NCBI RefSeq assembly: GCF_964204645.1
Contig: NC_134027.1
Location: 1,892,485-1,956,484 of the forward strand
Direction of reading: 5' to 3'
Length of the DNA stretch: 64,000 nt
From: Tubulanus polymorphus
Lineage: Eukaryota > Animalia > Nemertea
Shown: piece by piece, positions 26,111 through 39,695 of the stretch
Layout of the letters: each line of letters begins with the position of its first letter
Numbering within the stretch: the first letter of the stretch is position 1
Translations under genes and position numbers: made by a program
The notes under the pieces: model-generated
Databases searched by the model: none
What the model saw: only the letters and a program-made list of their open reading frames with translations
What the model was told of the DNA's origin: nothing

Positions 26111-29100
26111 ATGTTTGTTGCTAATTACTGTGTCACTTCTATCAGTATTTTGATATATCATCAATTAGCAGATATTGATATACCAAGTGTAGTCAGTGTA
26201 TCTTTGTTACTAGAATCTCAATATCATGGGTTTTGACAATATTTGAAGTGTTTTCTTATTGAAGGCTCAATCTTGTTTGTTGAATCTCAATTTCAAAAAG
26301 AGTCATTTCAAGATCTCTTTCAATCAAAGCTTCACTTTGATGACAAGTTGATATTTTCTCAAGATTTACTGATATTTAGTCCAGTGGTTTAAAAGTTCTG
26401 GATTCCCAGTAAAAGTGTTCTGTCACATTTTGTGCCTCTTGAAATGCATTAATAAGAAGTTTGTTTCATCCAAGACTGTAAACACTAATCACAATGATGC
26501 TTGTGCTTGACTTGACACTTGGTGGTAGCCACGCGTTCAGCCTTATCAGAGACAAAGAGTAGACCATTCCTGAGCAATAGGTGGTGCTACCAGCCTCTCA
26601 AACTGTCCCAAAATCACTTAAACCTTACAATCAGAGCTTTGGGTAAGTGTGCGGAGATGGTGTCAGAGCAATAGGTGGCGCTACCAGCCTTCCTATAGCT
26701 CTTAGATCTCAAAAACTCCCCTAAAACTAAAGATACATTAAACTTTGATCAGAGCATCGGGTAAGTGCGCAGAGACTATGGTGCCTGAGCAATAATAGGT
26801 GGCGCTACCAGCCTTCCTATAGCTCCCAACTCAGTGCTAAAGGTAGGATGGTGAAGAGCAATAGGTGGCGTTACCAGTCACCTAGAACTCGTAAATCACA
26901 CATCCACCTTTTAGTACTGTCTATTCCTATCAGAGCGCAGAGACTAAAGGGCCTGAGCAATAGGTGGCGTTACCAGTCTCTCTATTAGCTCCCAACTTAA
27001 CAAACTCCAATAAGTACTTTCCCCGTCTAATCAAAGAAAATCGTCTAAAAATAGACAGCCCCGAAAAATGTCAAAAGAAAATCAAAACTCCTCGGACAAT
27101 GAGGTTCAGTAGGATCTCAATGTCTTTTTAAAGACACTGTGGACTTTGTACCAAATCAACGTTAACTGATCTTGTATCAGAGAAATCTACGTTAATGATC
27201 ACTGTGTTAAATAGTGATTAACTAACGCTACTAATACTAATCAATCGGGGGTTTATTGACAATGACTGATCAAATAATACAATTATTGCAATTGTAAACG
27301 ACCGAGATGGATTTTAACTTCTCCATGTAAAATAATAAGATGTTCGAACGGATTTTTACGCCTCAAAAATATCATTTCTTTCCAGCTGAATATTCCAAGG
27401 AGAATTAGCACAGTCATGTTCATAAATACTACCAGAAGAATCCAGCAGATGCATCGTGTAACCACCAGTTGATCCACACTACCTCGCAGTTGATCCACAC
27501 TACCTTGCAGTTGATCCACACTGATGATTGTCGCAATATAAAAAAGCTAAGTTTGATTAATTTTTCTATTGCGGGAGGGAAAGGAGAGAGTGAAGTGCCA
27601 CAGGGTTTACAAAACCCAAAAATAGAATGTGTAAAAATACACATAAATGAGGTGTCGAAAAGCTTTTTTAAAAGCTCATCTCAAAACTTAGATTCTTTAT
27701 TCTTGGGTGAGGGGTGAGAGGGAGAGAATGGAGTGCTGAGGGTTTACAAAACCCAAAAATAGAACGTGTGAAAATACACTAAGAATGAGGTGTCGAAAAG
27801 CTTTTTTAAAACCTCATCTCAAAACTTAGATTCTTTATTCTTGGGTGAGGGGTGAGAGGGAGAGAATGGAGTGCTGAGGGTTTACAAAACCCAAAAATAG
27901 AACGTGTGAAAATACACTAAGAATGAGGTGTCGAAAAGCATTTTTAAAAGCTCATCTCAAAAAGCTTAGATTTCTAACGCTTAATATCTAACTGAAAGTG
28001 AAAAGAAAAAAATCATCCAAATGACACAAAATCGTTAAACGATGTTCTGTGTCTGCACCGCACGAGTTCACAATCATTACTTCACATAAGAAAACTTAAA
28101 GGAAAAGATCGTAAAACGACTTTTCTCTTTATCAGCCTCGTAACAAAACTTCTATTGGGCCGAAATCTTGCTTACAAAATACGTTCAAAACAAGATCTTG
28201 TCTCTGTTAGCTCTGTGCTGGAATTAATATAGCATATATTAGCTTTACTCATGTGTTCAGATAGAAATATGTGAACTATTGCTTCGTAAATGTGTAAGTA
28301 AATTCTTATTACATCTGCCAAGCAGTAATTTAATATAGTTTTTAATCAATAATAGTCTTGTAAATGTTGAGTGGTTTAATGAGCTTGCCTTTAATCATTG
28401 TAAGTTGTTTTGAATTCAGTATCTGTTCTGAAATGTGTAAGCGTTAAAAGGTGTATATTTTAGCCTAGTTGACTTGTTCTCTAGGTCTAATGTTGAGCAC
28501 GCTTGCAACGTCTCAAAATAAGTTGTCTCGCTATAGTATTTTATAAGCTGTTTAGTCACTAGTCGAGTGGATGCTAGTTCACTTGGCTACGTGTACTAAC
28601 TAATCATAGTCTCACTAGTATTAAAAAGTATTAAACATCATCTTTATAAAGTTCTGTGATAGAGAAATAATGTGACTCAATATAGGATAGAATGTACTAT
28701 AGAATATTAGTTCTTACAGTTTGTTTGACTGAAAAGATTATATGAAGGTGTATAACCATTAGTTCGATCGCTAGCCCCCCTAAATCCTACTAACAAAGAT
28801 CAAATTGTCTCTGTGAGCTCTGTGAAAGGTGTATTATAGAAACTAGAAACTGTTTAAAATAGTTACTAGTTTCTCATAGTATTTTGTATAATGAAATCAA
28901 GTGCTGTTTAATCACTGACTAATTAGACTTAAGTTCTATTGGTTCAGTGGTGAGCACGCTTGTCTTGTGCCTTTACGTATAATAAGATCATCTCCGCGAG
29001 CTCTGTTTTAATCATTTTATCATCAAAGTTCCTATGTCATAATCCCTTGATTTGAAATATATTCTTAATGATAAATTCTTTCAATTAATTTGTTAATTGT

Positions 29101-32100
29101 CTCTGTAGAAATGCGTGTAATCTCAAGGTGTTCAGTCTTCTTTTACTTGAAATTGTAATCGCTTAAGTATTTGCAATATTCCACATATTTTCTTACCGAT
29201 TTCTCAATCTCAATTTAAAAAAGAATCATCAAGATCTCTTTTAATGAAGCCTCATATTTTGATGTGGAGTTGATATTTAGTTTTACTTGTTTGAAAGTTC
29301 TGGATTCCCAGTAAGTGTTAGGCACAACTTAGGTCAACTTAGAGAATTCATAGTGAAATCTTGATCTTCTGAAGAATACTCATCATTCCATCTTAGTTAC
29401 TGAAATCTCTATTTTGCAAAGATTCACAATAAATCCAATATCTTTATAAATCAATATTTCAATATCGATGATGATCAAATGCTTTTAGAAGTGAAGTTGA
29501 AAAGTTGAATTGAATCAATTGAAGTTTCTCATTTTGTTCGTGTTATTTCGAATGTGAATATAATCTTAGTCAATCGTCTGAATCTTGTGAAAATTTATCG
29601 TAAAAGAATCGTCATTCCATCTTTGTTAGTTATATCTTGATTTTGAAAGGAATCAGTTGAATTTAGTCCTCACGTTGTTCATGAAATATTATTCTGATAC
29701 AAAACTATTGTTTCTCAGAAAATCAAGCGAAGTTCTTACGTTCAAATTCATTGTTTTGAAATGAATTCCGTAAATCAATTCAATTTAAATTTAAGTCGAA
29801 AAAAAACAACTTTGATATTGAATATTGATATTTATATAGATATAAATATCTAATAGAATAATTGACATTAAGTAGAAATTGAATTTGCTTATTGTCAATT
29901 TAATACAAATCTGCGCAACCTTCTTGGAGCAGGTTTCAGTCAAAATGAAAAAATGTCTGGTTATTTAAAATATTCTAAATGATTCGATTTGCACCAAACA
30001 ATCAAAAATAGAAATCCCTTGAAATAAAGTGATTGTGAGTAAAAGCTTTTTACGCTTTGAAACTTCACTTCAAATTTAGTTATCAGTGATATCAGTGTCA
30101 ATAAAATGATTAGGAACTAGAAAAAAATGAAGTGCCTTTTTTGAAATAAATACAGGACTTGTCCGAGTACAATTCTAAAGATTTATCAGTTTCAATCTGG
30201 TCTAATTAAAGGCCACTAGTGTGAACTAATTTATGTAGTAGTTATTTTATGTAATGCTCTGCATAAATGGTTTGATGTCATTCAATTTACCTTCATTCAT
30301 ATTTTGAATATATTTTTACCATTAATTTGTTTGTACTCGTATTAGACTGAAGTCCTTCAACATTTAATGGCACCTTTTCAAAATATCGTAATTGTGAGGT
30401 ATATTTATAATTCATATTGATGATTCAATATCATTTATTTAAGGCTGTTTTATGTTTTTTTGTGTAGAGTTCTATTAATAACATAAGTTAGAGATACAAT
30501 AAATGAGTGGTGAGGTGTCGTTTTGGGACTTCTCCGAGTACAAATTTACAATTCAACATTTCACCATTCCTTAGATGTTAAAGTCAGTTTAATTGGTCAA
30601 AAAGGACCACCGCGAACTCATTCATGTCTTACGTAATGGTTTGCCTCATTCAATTTAACACATGTTTCTATTTTCAGCGTGCTCGTATTAGATGAAAGTC
30701 CCGATTCATTTGTGGCACTCTCTCCACTCTCATTTGCATAATCATTATAATTGTTTTAATCACATGTATTCAATTCCATGTTATGTTCTGAATGTTATCA
30801 GTTAAAATGTGAAAGAGTTTCTCAAAATTATTTGGTGATTTCTATGTTTGTTCGGTGCTACTGCTGCTGCTGTGCTACTCCTTAAGTTTGAATTCAGAAA
30901 ACCAGACTAATGATATTTGAGAGATGAAACCTGCATGAATAATGGTTGTCGCTATTTCATCTGAAACTTGTGATACAAAATTACTGTATCACGTAACATT
31001 GAGTTTTTCATTTTGACGGGAAAAACTCCAATAATGATTTTCTATTTGACGGAAAAAAATCCTTAGAATTTTTGTGTTTTTCTCCTTGACTGAAAAACAC
31101 GGTAATAAATCGAGAATTTCTGAGTCAGTCCTCTGATAATATCATCCATGAAAAAGAACTTTCAGAGAGACTTTTGATATGAAATTCTAAATGTTTGTTG
31201 CTAATTACTGTGTCACTTCTATCAGTATTTTGATATATCATCAATTAGCAGATGTTGATATACCTAGTGTAGTCAGTGAATCTTTGTTGCTAGAATCTCA
31301 ATATTAAGGGTTATGACAATATTTGAAATGTCTTCTTATTGAAGGCTCAATCTTTGTTTGTGGAATCTCAATTTCAAAAAGAGTCATTTCAAGATCTCTT
31401 TCAGTCAAAGCTTCACTTTTTGATGACAAGTTGATATTTTCTCAAGATTTACTGATATTTAGTCCAGTGGTTTAACAGTTCTGGATTTCCAGTAAAAGTG
31501 TTCTGTCACATTTTGTGTCTCTTGAAATGCATTAATAAGAAGTTGGTTTTATCCATAAGACTGTAATCACTAATCACAATGAGTTGTACTTGACTTGACA
31601 CTTGGCCACTTGTGGTAGCCACACATTCAGCCTTATCAGAGACAAAGAGTTAGACCTTTCCTGAGCAATAGGTGGCGCTACCATCCTCTCAAACTCTCCC
31701 AAAATCAATTAAACCTTACAATCAGAGCTTGGGTAAGTGTGCGGAGATGATGGTGTCAGAGCAATAGGTGGCGCTACCAGCCTTCCTATAGCTCTTAGAT
31801 CTCAAAAACTCCCCTAAAACTAAAGATACATTAAACTTTGATCAGAGCATCAGGTAAGTGCGCAGAGACTATGGTGCCTGAGCAATAATAGGTGGCGCTA
31901 CCAGCCTTCCTATAGCTCCCAACTCTCAGTGCTAAAGGTAGGATGGTGAAGAGCAATAGGTGGCGTTACCAGTCACCTAGAACTCGTAAATCACACATCC
32001 ACCTTTTAGTACTGTCTATTCCTATCAGAGCGCAGAGAGGCCTGAGCAATAGGTGGCGTTACCAGTCTCTCTATTAGCTCCCAACTTAACAAACTCCAAT

Positions 32101-35100
32101 AAGTACTTTCCCCGTCTAATCAAAGAAAATCGTCTAAAAATAGACAGCCCCGAAAAATGTCAAATGAAAATCAAAACTCCTCGGACAATGAGGTTCAGTA
32201 GGATCTCAATGTCTTTTTAAAGACACCGTGGACTTTGTACCAAATCAACGTTAACTGATCTTGTATCAGAGAAATCTACGTTAATGATCACTGTCTTAAA
32301 CAGTGATTAACTAACGCTACTAATACTAATCAATCGGGGGTTTATTGACAATGACTGATCAAATAATACAATTATTGCAATTGTAAACGACCGAGACGGA
32401 TTTTAACTTCTCCATGTAAAATAATAAAATGTTCGAACGGATTTTACGCCTCAAAAATATCATTTCTTTCCAGCTGAATATTCCACGGAGAATTAGCACA
32501 GTCATGTTCATAAACACTACCAGAAGAATCCAGCAGATGCATCGTGGAACCACCAGTTGATCCACACTACCTCGCAGTTGATCCATACTACCTCATAGTT
32601 GATCCACACTGATGATTGTCGTAATATAAAAAAGCTAAGTTTGATTAATTTTTCTATTGTGGGAGAGAAAGGAGAGAGTGAAGTGCCACAGGGTTTACAA
32701 AACCCAAAAATAGAATGTGTAAAAATACACTAAGAATGAGGTGTCGAAAAGTTTTTTTAAAAGCTCATCTCAAAAAGCTTAGATTTCTAACGCTCAATAT
32801 CTAACTGAAAGTGAAAAGAAAAAAATCATCCAAATGACACAAAATCGTTAAACGATGTTCTGTGTCTGCACCGCACGAGTTCACAATCATTACTTCACAT
32901 AAGAAAACTTAAAGGAAAAGATCGTAAAACGACTTTTCTCTTTATCAGCCTCATAACAAAACTTCTATTGGGCCAAAATCTCGCTAACAAAATACGTTCA
33001 AATCAAGATCTTGTCTCTGTTAGCTCTGTGCTGGAATTAATGTAGCGTATATTAGCTTTACTCATGTATTTAGAATGTGTGAGAATATGTGAACTATTGC
33101 TTCGTAAATGTGTAAGTAAATTCTTATTACATCTGCCAAGCAGTAATTTAATATAGTTTTTAATCAGTAATAGTCTTGTAAATGTTGAGTGGTTTAATGA
33201 GCTTGCCTTTAATCATTGTAAGTTGTTTTGAATTCAGTATCTGTTCTGAAATGTGTAAGTGTTAAAAGGTGTATATTTTAGCCTAGTTGACTTGTTCTCT
33301 AGGTCTAATGTTGAGCACGCTTGCAACGTCTCAAAATAAGTTGTCTCGCTATAGTATTTTATAAGCTGTTTAGTCACTAGTCGAGTGGATGCTAGTTCAC
33401 TTGGCTACGTGTACTAACTAATCATAGTCTCACTAGTATTAAAAAGTATTAAACATCATCTTTATAAAGTTCTGTGATAGAGAAATAATGTGACTCAATA
33501 TAGGATAGAATGTACTATAGAATATTAGTTCTTACAGTTTGTTTGACTGAAAAGATTATATGAAGGTGTATAACCATTAGTTTGATCGCTAGCCCCCCTA
33601 AATCCTACTAACAAAGTTCAAATTGTCTCTGTGAGCTCTGTGAAAGGTGTATTATAGAAACTAGAAACTGTTTAAAACAGTTACTAGTTTCTCATAGTAT
33701 TTTGTATAACGAAATCAAGCGCTGTTTAATCACTGACTAATTAGACTTAAGTTCTATTGGTTCAGTGGTGAGCACGCTTGTCTTGTGCCTTTACGTATAA
33801 TAAGATCATCTCCGCGAGCTCTGTTTTAATCATTTTATCATCAAAGTTCCTATGTCATAATCCCTTGATTTGAAATAAATTCTTAATGATAAATTCTTTT
33901 AATTAATTTGTTAATTGTCTCTGTAGAAATGCGTACAATCTCAAGGTGTTCAGTCTTTTTTTACTTGAAATTGTAATCGCTAAAGTATTTGCAATATTCC
34001 AAATATTTTCTTACCGATTTCTCGATCTCAATTTAAAAAAGAATCAAGATCTTTGTTAATGTAGCCTCATATTTTGATGTGGAGTTGATATCTAGTTTTA
34101 CTTGTTTGCTAGTTCTGGATTCCCAGTAAGTGTTAGGCACATTAAGGTCAACTTAGAGAATTTATAGTGAAATCTTGATCTTCTGAAGAATACTCATCAT
34201 TCCATCTTAGTTACTGAAATCTCTATTTTGCAAAAGATTCACAATAAATCCAATATCTTTATACATCAATATTTCAATATCGATGATGATCAAATGCTTT
34301 TAGAAGTGAAGTTGAAAAGTTGAATTGAATCAATTGAAGTTTCTCATTTTGTTCGTGTTATTTCGAATGTGAATATAATCTTAGTCAATCGTCTGAATCT
34401 TGTGAAAATTTTTCGTAAAAGAATCGTCATTCCATCTTTGTTAGTTATATCTTAATTTTGAAAGGAATCAATTGAATTTACTCCTCACGTTGTTCATGAA
34501 ATATTATTCTGATACAAAACTATCTCAGAAAATCAAGCGAAGTTCTTACGTTCAAATTCATTGTTTTGAAATGAATTCCGTAAATCAATTCAATTTAAAT
34601 TTAAGTCGAAAAAAAAACAATTTTGATATTGAATATTGATATTTATATAGATATAAATATCTAATAGAATAATTGACATTAAGTTGAAATTGAATCCGCT
34701 TATTGTCAATTTAATACAAATCTGCGCAACCTTCTTGGAGCAGGTTTCAGTCAAAATGAAAAAATGTCTGGTTATTTAAAATATTCTAATTGATTCGATT
34801 TGCACCAAACAATCAAAAATAGAAATCCCTTGAAATAAAGTGATTGTGAGTAAAAGCTTATTACGCTTTGAAACTTCACTTCAAATTTAGTTTTCAGTGA
34901 TATCAGTGTCAATAAAATGATTAGGAACTAGAAAAAAATGAAGTGCCTTTTTTGAAATAAATACAGGACTTGTCCGAGTACAATTCTAAAGATTTATCAG
35001 TTTCAATCTGGTCTAATTCAAGGCCACTAGTGTGAACTAATTTATGTGGTAGTTATTTTATGTAATGCTCTGCATAAATGGTTCGATTTCATTCAATTTA

Positions 35101-37743
35101 CCTTCATTCATATTTTGCACATAATTTTTACCGTTAATTTGTCTGTACTCGTATTAGACGGAAGTCCTTTATACACTCAATGGCACTATTTCAAAAATAT
35201 CATAATTTTGAGGTATATTTCCAATTTTATCTTAATGATTCAATCCCATTTTATGAGAAGTTCTGTTGATTTCAATATTGACACCGGTTTAGAGACAAAA
35301 TAATGAGTGGTGAGGTGCTGTTTTGGGACTTCTCCGAGTACAAATTTACAAGTCAATATTTCACCATTCCTTAGATGTTAAAGTCAGTTTAATTGGTCGA
35401 AAAGGACCACCTTGAACTCATTCATGTCTTACGTAATGGTTTGCCTTATTCAATTTAACACATGTTTCTATTTTCAGCGTGCTCGTATTAGATGAAAGTC
35501 CCGATTCATTTGTGGCACTTTCTCCACTCTCATTTGGATAATGATCATCATTGTTTTAATCACATGTATTCATTTCACATGTATTGTATTCTGAATGTCA
35601 TCAGTTTAAATGTGAAAGTGTTTCTCGATATTATTTGATGATTTCTATATTTGTTTGGTGCTACTGCTGCTGCTGCTGCTGCTGCAGCTTCATCTGCTGC
35701 GACACTCCTTAAGTTTGAATTCAGAAAACCAGACCGATGATATTTGAGATGAAACCTGCATGAATAATGGTTGTCGCTATTTCATCTATAATTCCAGATA
35801 CAAAATTACGGGATCACTTTACATTGGGTTTTTATTTTGATGGAAAAACTTCAATTACGTTTTTATATTTGATGGAAAAAAATCATTGCAAGTTTTGTGC
35901 TTTTCATATTGACTGAAAAACAATGTAGTATATCACAATGTTCAGAGCCAGTCCTCTGATAATATTATCCCGGAGAATGAAGTTTAAGAGAAACTTTTGA
36001 TGTGAGATTCTAAATGTTTGTTGCTGTTAACTGTGTCACTTCTATCAGTATTTTGATATATCATCAATTAGATGAATATATTGATATATCAAGGGTAGTC
36101 CGTGAATCTTTGTTACTAGAATCTAAATATCAAGAGTTTTGACAATATTTGAAATGTCTTCTTACTGAAGGCTCAATCTTTGTGGAATATCAATTTCAAA
36201 AAGAGTCATTTCAAGATCTCTTTCAATCAAGCTTCACTTTTTGATGACAAGTTGATATTTTCTTACGATTTACTGATATTTAGTCCACATAGTTTAAAAG
36301 TTCTGGATTCCCAGTAAAAGTGTTCTGTCACATTTTGTGTCTCTTGAAATGCATTAATAAGAAGTAGGTTTTATCCATAAGACTGTAATCACTAATCACA
36401 ATGAGTTGTACTTGACTTGACACTTGGCCACTTGTGGTAGCCACGCATTCAGCCTTATCAGAGACAAAGAGTAGACCATTCCTGAGCAATAGGTGGTGCT
36501 TCCAGCCTCTTAAACTCTCCCGAAATCACTTAAACCTTACAATCAGAGCTTTGGGTAAGTGTGCGGAGATGATGGTGTCAGAGCAATAGGTGGCGCTACC
36601 AGCCTTCTTATAGCTCTTAGATCTCAAAAACTCCCCTAAAACTAAAAATACATTAAACTTTGATCAGAGCATCGGGTAAGTGCGCAGAGACTATGGTGCC
36701 TGAGCAATTATAGGTGGCGCTACCAGCCTTCCTATAGCTCCCAACTCTCAGTGCTAAAGGTAGGATGGTGAAGAGCAATAGGTGGCGTTACCAGTCACCT
36801 AGAACTCATAAATCACACATCCACCTTTTAGTACTGTCTATTCCTATCAGAGCGCAGAGACTAAAAGGCCTGAGCAATAGGTGGCGTTACCAGTCTCTCT
36901 ATTAGCTCCCAACTTAACAAACTCAATAAGTACTTTTCCCGCCTAATCAAAGAAAATCGTCTAAAAATAGACAGCCCCGAAAAAAATCTGTATCTCCTTA
37001 TTGCACCAAAGAAAATCAAACTCCTCAGACAATGAGGTTCAGTAGGATCTCAATGTCTTTTTAAAGACACTGTGGACTTTGTACCAAATCAACGTTAACT
37101 GATCTTGTATCAGAGAAATCTACGTTAATGATCACTGTCTTAAATAGTGATTAACTAACGCTACTAATACTAATCAATCGGGGGTTTATTGACAATGACT
37201 GAACAAATAATACAATTATTGCAATTGTAAACGACCGAGACGGATTTTTAACTTCTCCATGTAGAATTATTAGATGTTCGAACAGATTGTACGCCTCAAA
37301 AATATCATTTCTTTCCAGCTGAATATTTCAAAATGAAACCATTAGATGAGATGAGATGAGATGACCAGACAATAACTGATGACGAATATCGCTGCTGTGA
37401 TGACAACAGAAAATCCCAAAATGTAACCGGAAGAGTTCCAGATAGTTAGCAGAGTTCCAGATGATAAGCAGAATTCCAGATGATAGGCAGAGTTCAAGAT
37501 GATAAGCAGAGTTCCAGTGATAGTAATGGCAGAATTCAGTTTAAGAGTAGCAGAGACAACAGCGTAACCACAATAAGATGGAAGGAAGGTTATCAGTTTC
37601 TAGTTGATTTTATGGTAAGAAATTTGGATTTCATAATTAGGTTAAATGTTTTATCCAAGCAGTAATATCTCATCAAATTATACGGTACTTTTACAAACAA
37701 TCTAATTGATTCATTTTGCATCGTCATTTCTACAGTTGAGAAT

Positions 37744-38962
37744 TTACTACCAGCCAAGAGTCTACTACTAACCGAGAGTCTACTACCAGCCGAGAGTCTA
37801 CTACCAGCTGAGAGTCTACTACCAGCCGAGAGTCTACAACCAGCCGAGAGTCTACTACCAGCCGAGAGTCTACTACCAGCCGAGAGTCTACTACTAACCG
37901 AGAGTCTACTACCAGCCGAGAGTCTACTACCATACTACCAGCCGAGAGTCTACTACCAGCCGAGAGTCTACTACCATACTACCAGCCAAGAGTCTACTAC
38001 CACCCGAGAGTCTACTACCAGCCGAGAGTCTACTATCAATCGAGAGTCTACTACAACCGAGAGTCTACTACCATACTACCAGCCGAGAGTCTACTACCAT
38101 ACTACCAGCCGAGAGTCTACTACCAGCCGAGAGTCTACTACCAGCCGAGAGTCTACTACCAGCCGAGAGTCTACTACCAGCCGAGAGTCTACTACCAACC
38201 GAGAGTCTACTACCAGCCGAGAGTCTACTACCAGCCGAGAGTCGACTACCATACTACCAGCCGAGAGTCTACTACCAGCCGAGAGTCTACTACCAGCCGA
38301 GAGTCTACTACCAGCCGAGAGTCTAACACCAGCCAAGAATCTACTACCAGCCGAGAGTCTACTACCAGCCGAGAGTCTACTACCAGCCGAGAGTCTACTA
38401 CCAGCCGAGAGTCTACTACCAGCCGAGAGTCTACTACCAGCCGAGAGTCTACTACCAGCCGAGAGTCTACTACCAGCCGAGAGTCTACCACCAGCCGAGA
38501 GTCTACCACCAGCCGAGAGTCTACTACCAGCCGAGAGTCTACTACCAGCCGAGAGTCTACCACCAGCCGAGAATCTACTACCAGCCGAGAGTCTACTCCC
38601 AGCCGAGAGTCTACTACCAGCCGAGAGTCTACTACCAGCCGAGAGTCTACTACCAGCCGAGAGTCTACTACCAGCCGAGAGTCTACTACCAGCCGAGAAT
38701 CTTCTACCAGCCGAGAGTCTACTACCAGTGAAGAGTCTACTACCAGCCGAGAGTCTACTACCAGCCGAGAGTCTACTACCAGCCGAGAGTCTACTACCAG
38801 CCGAGAGTCTACTACCAGCCGAGAGTCTTCTACCAGCCGAGAGTCTACTACCAGCCGAGAGTCTACCACCAGCCGAGAGTCTACTACCAGCCGAGAATCT
38901 TCTACCAGCCGAGAGTCTACTACCAGCCGAGAGTCTACTACCAGCCGAGAGTCTACTACCAG
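37744..38962. repeat. 18-bp minisatellite (CTACTACCAGCCGAGAGT)n, roughly 65 copies
   Basis: Tandem array seen directly; occasional short CCATACTA-type interruptions shift the phase. Confidence 0.97.
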
Positions 38963-39526
38963 CAACAATCGCAGGAGCAGCAGAGTTTACGAACAATTTC
39001 AGTGATCAGAGAACAATTGTTTAGTGTAATGCGCATTTTTAACATGGGGCCCCGAAATTCACAATGAAAAAGATGCAGTATGATGCAAATGGAGGTGGTG
39101 TGAGGTAGGTGTGATTGTAATACGTGTATTTGTTGGTCATGTATGAATCTGTGTGTGAATCTGTGTGTAATGTATGAGTCCTATTTACATCATCTGGTAT
39201 CTTTTTCTAGTGAAATCAAAATAAGTTTTCCTTTCATTCATAAAACATCTCCCCTTAAACTACTCCATTCACTTTCATCAATATTTTACTCGATCTTTTA
39301 GTGTTTTATTCGAGCATCCTAGGCACAAAGCGCAAAGCGTATTAACAAACCCTTTTATTTTTTTTAAACTAACAAGCCCGGTGTTGGCAGCACGATAGGA
39401 TGTTTATAATAAACGATTAAAGATCAAGTTTCCTTTAAACCCCCTCCCATTCACTTAATGTGAATATTCATTGTTTTGTGGATGATGGAAAATTAACGAA
39501 AAAAAATTTGTAATTGTTTTGAATTG

Positions 39527-39695
39527 AAAAAAAGAATGTAAAACTTAGTTTATAATGTACGTCATAACGTAGATGAAAATTAAGATAAAAATGAATGAAA
39601 AAAAAGAATGTAAAACTTAGTTTATAATGTACGTCATAATGTAGATGAAAATTAAGATAAAAATGAATGAAAAAATAGAATGTTAAACTTAGTTT
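39527..39695. repeat. ~70-bp tandem repeat, ~2.5 copies
   Basis: AAAAAAGAATGTAAAACTTAGTTT(T)ATAATGTACGTCATAA...GAATG repeated. Confidence 0.85.

Larger units (their letters stand above)
17672..37328 (+). repeat. Macrosatellite: four tandem ~4.8-5.1-kb units starting at ~17672, 22457, 27522 and 32610
   Basis: Long near-identical text recurs with periods 4785, 5065 and 5088 bp (anchor TGATGATTGT(C/G)G(C/T)AATATAAAAAAG); no long ORF. Confidence 0.97.

Noticed and set aside
22194-32586. Short recurring ORFs (MDQLRGSVDQL..., MIHTTSQLIHT...)
   Set aside because: They recur only because of the macrosatellite, and stops and frames differ between units
37730-39024. ORFs of repeated SRLSAG / VVDSRL / ESLLPA
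   Set aside because: Products of a stop-free 18-bp minisatellite; phase-breaking interruptions and no flanking domain
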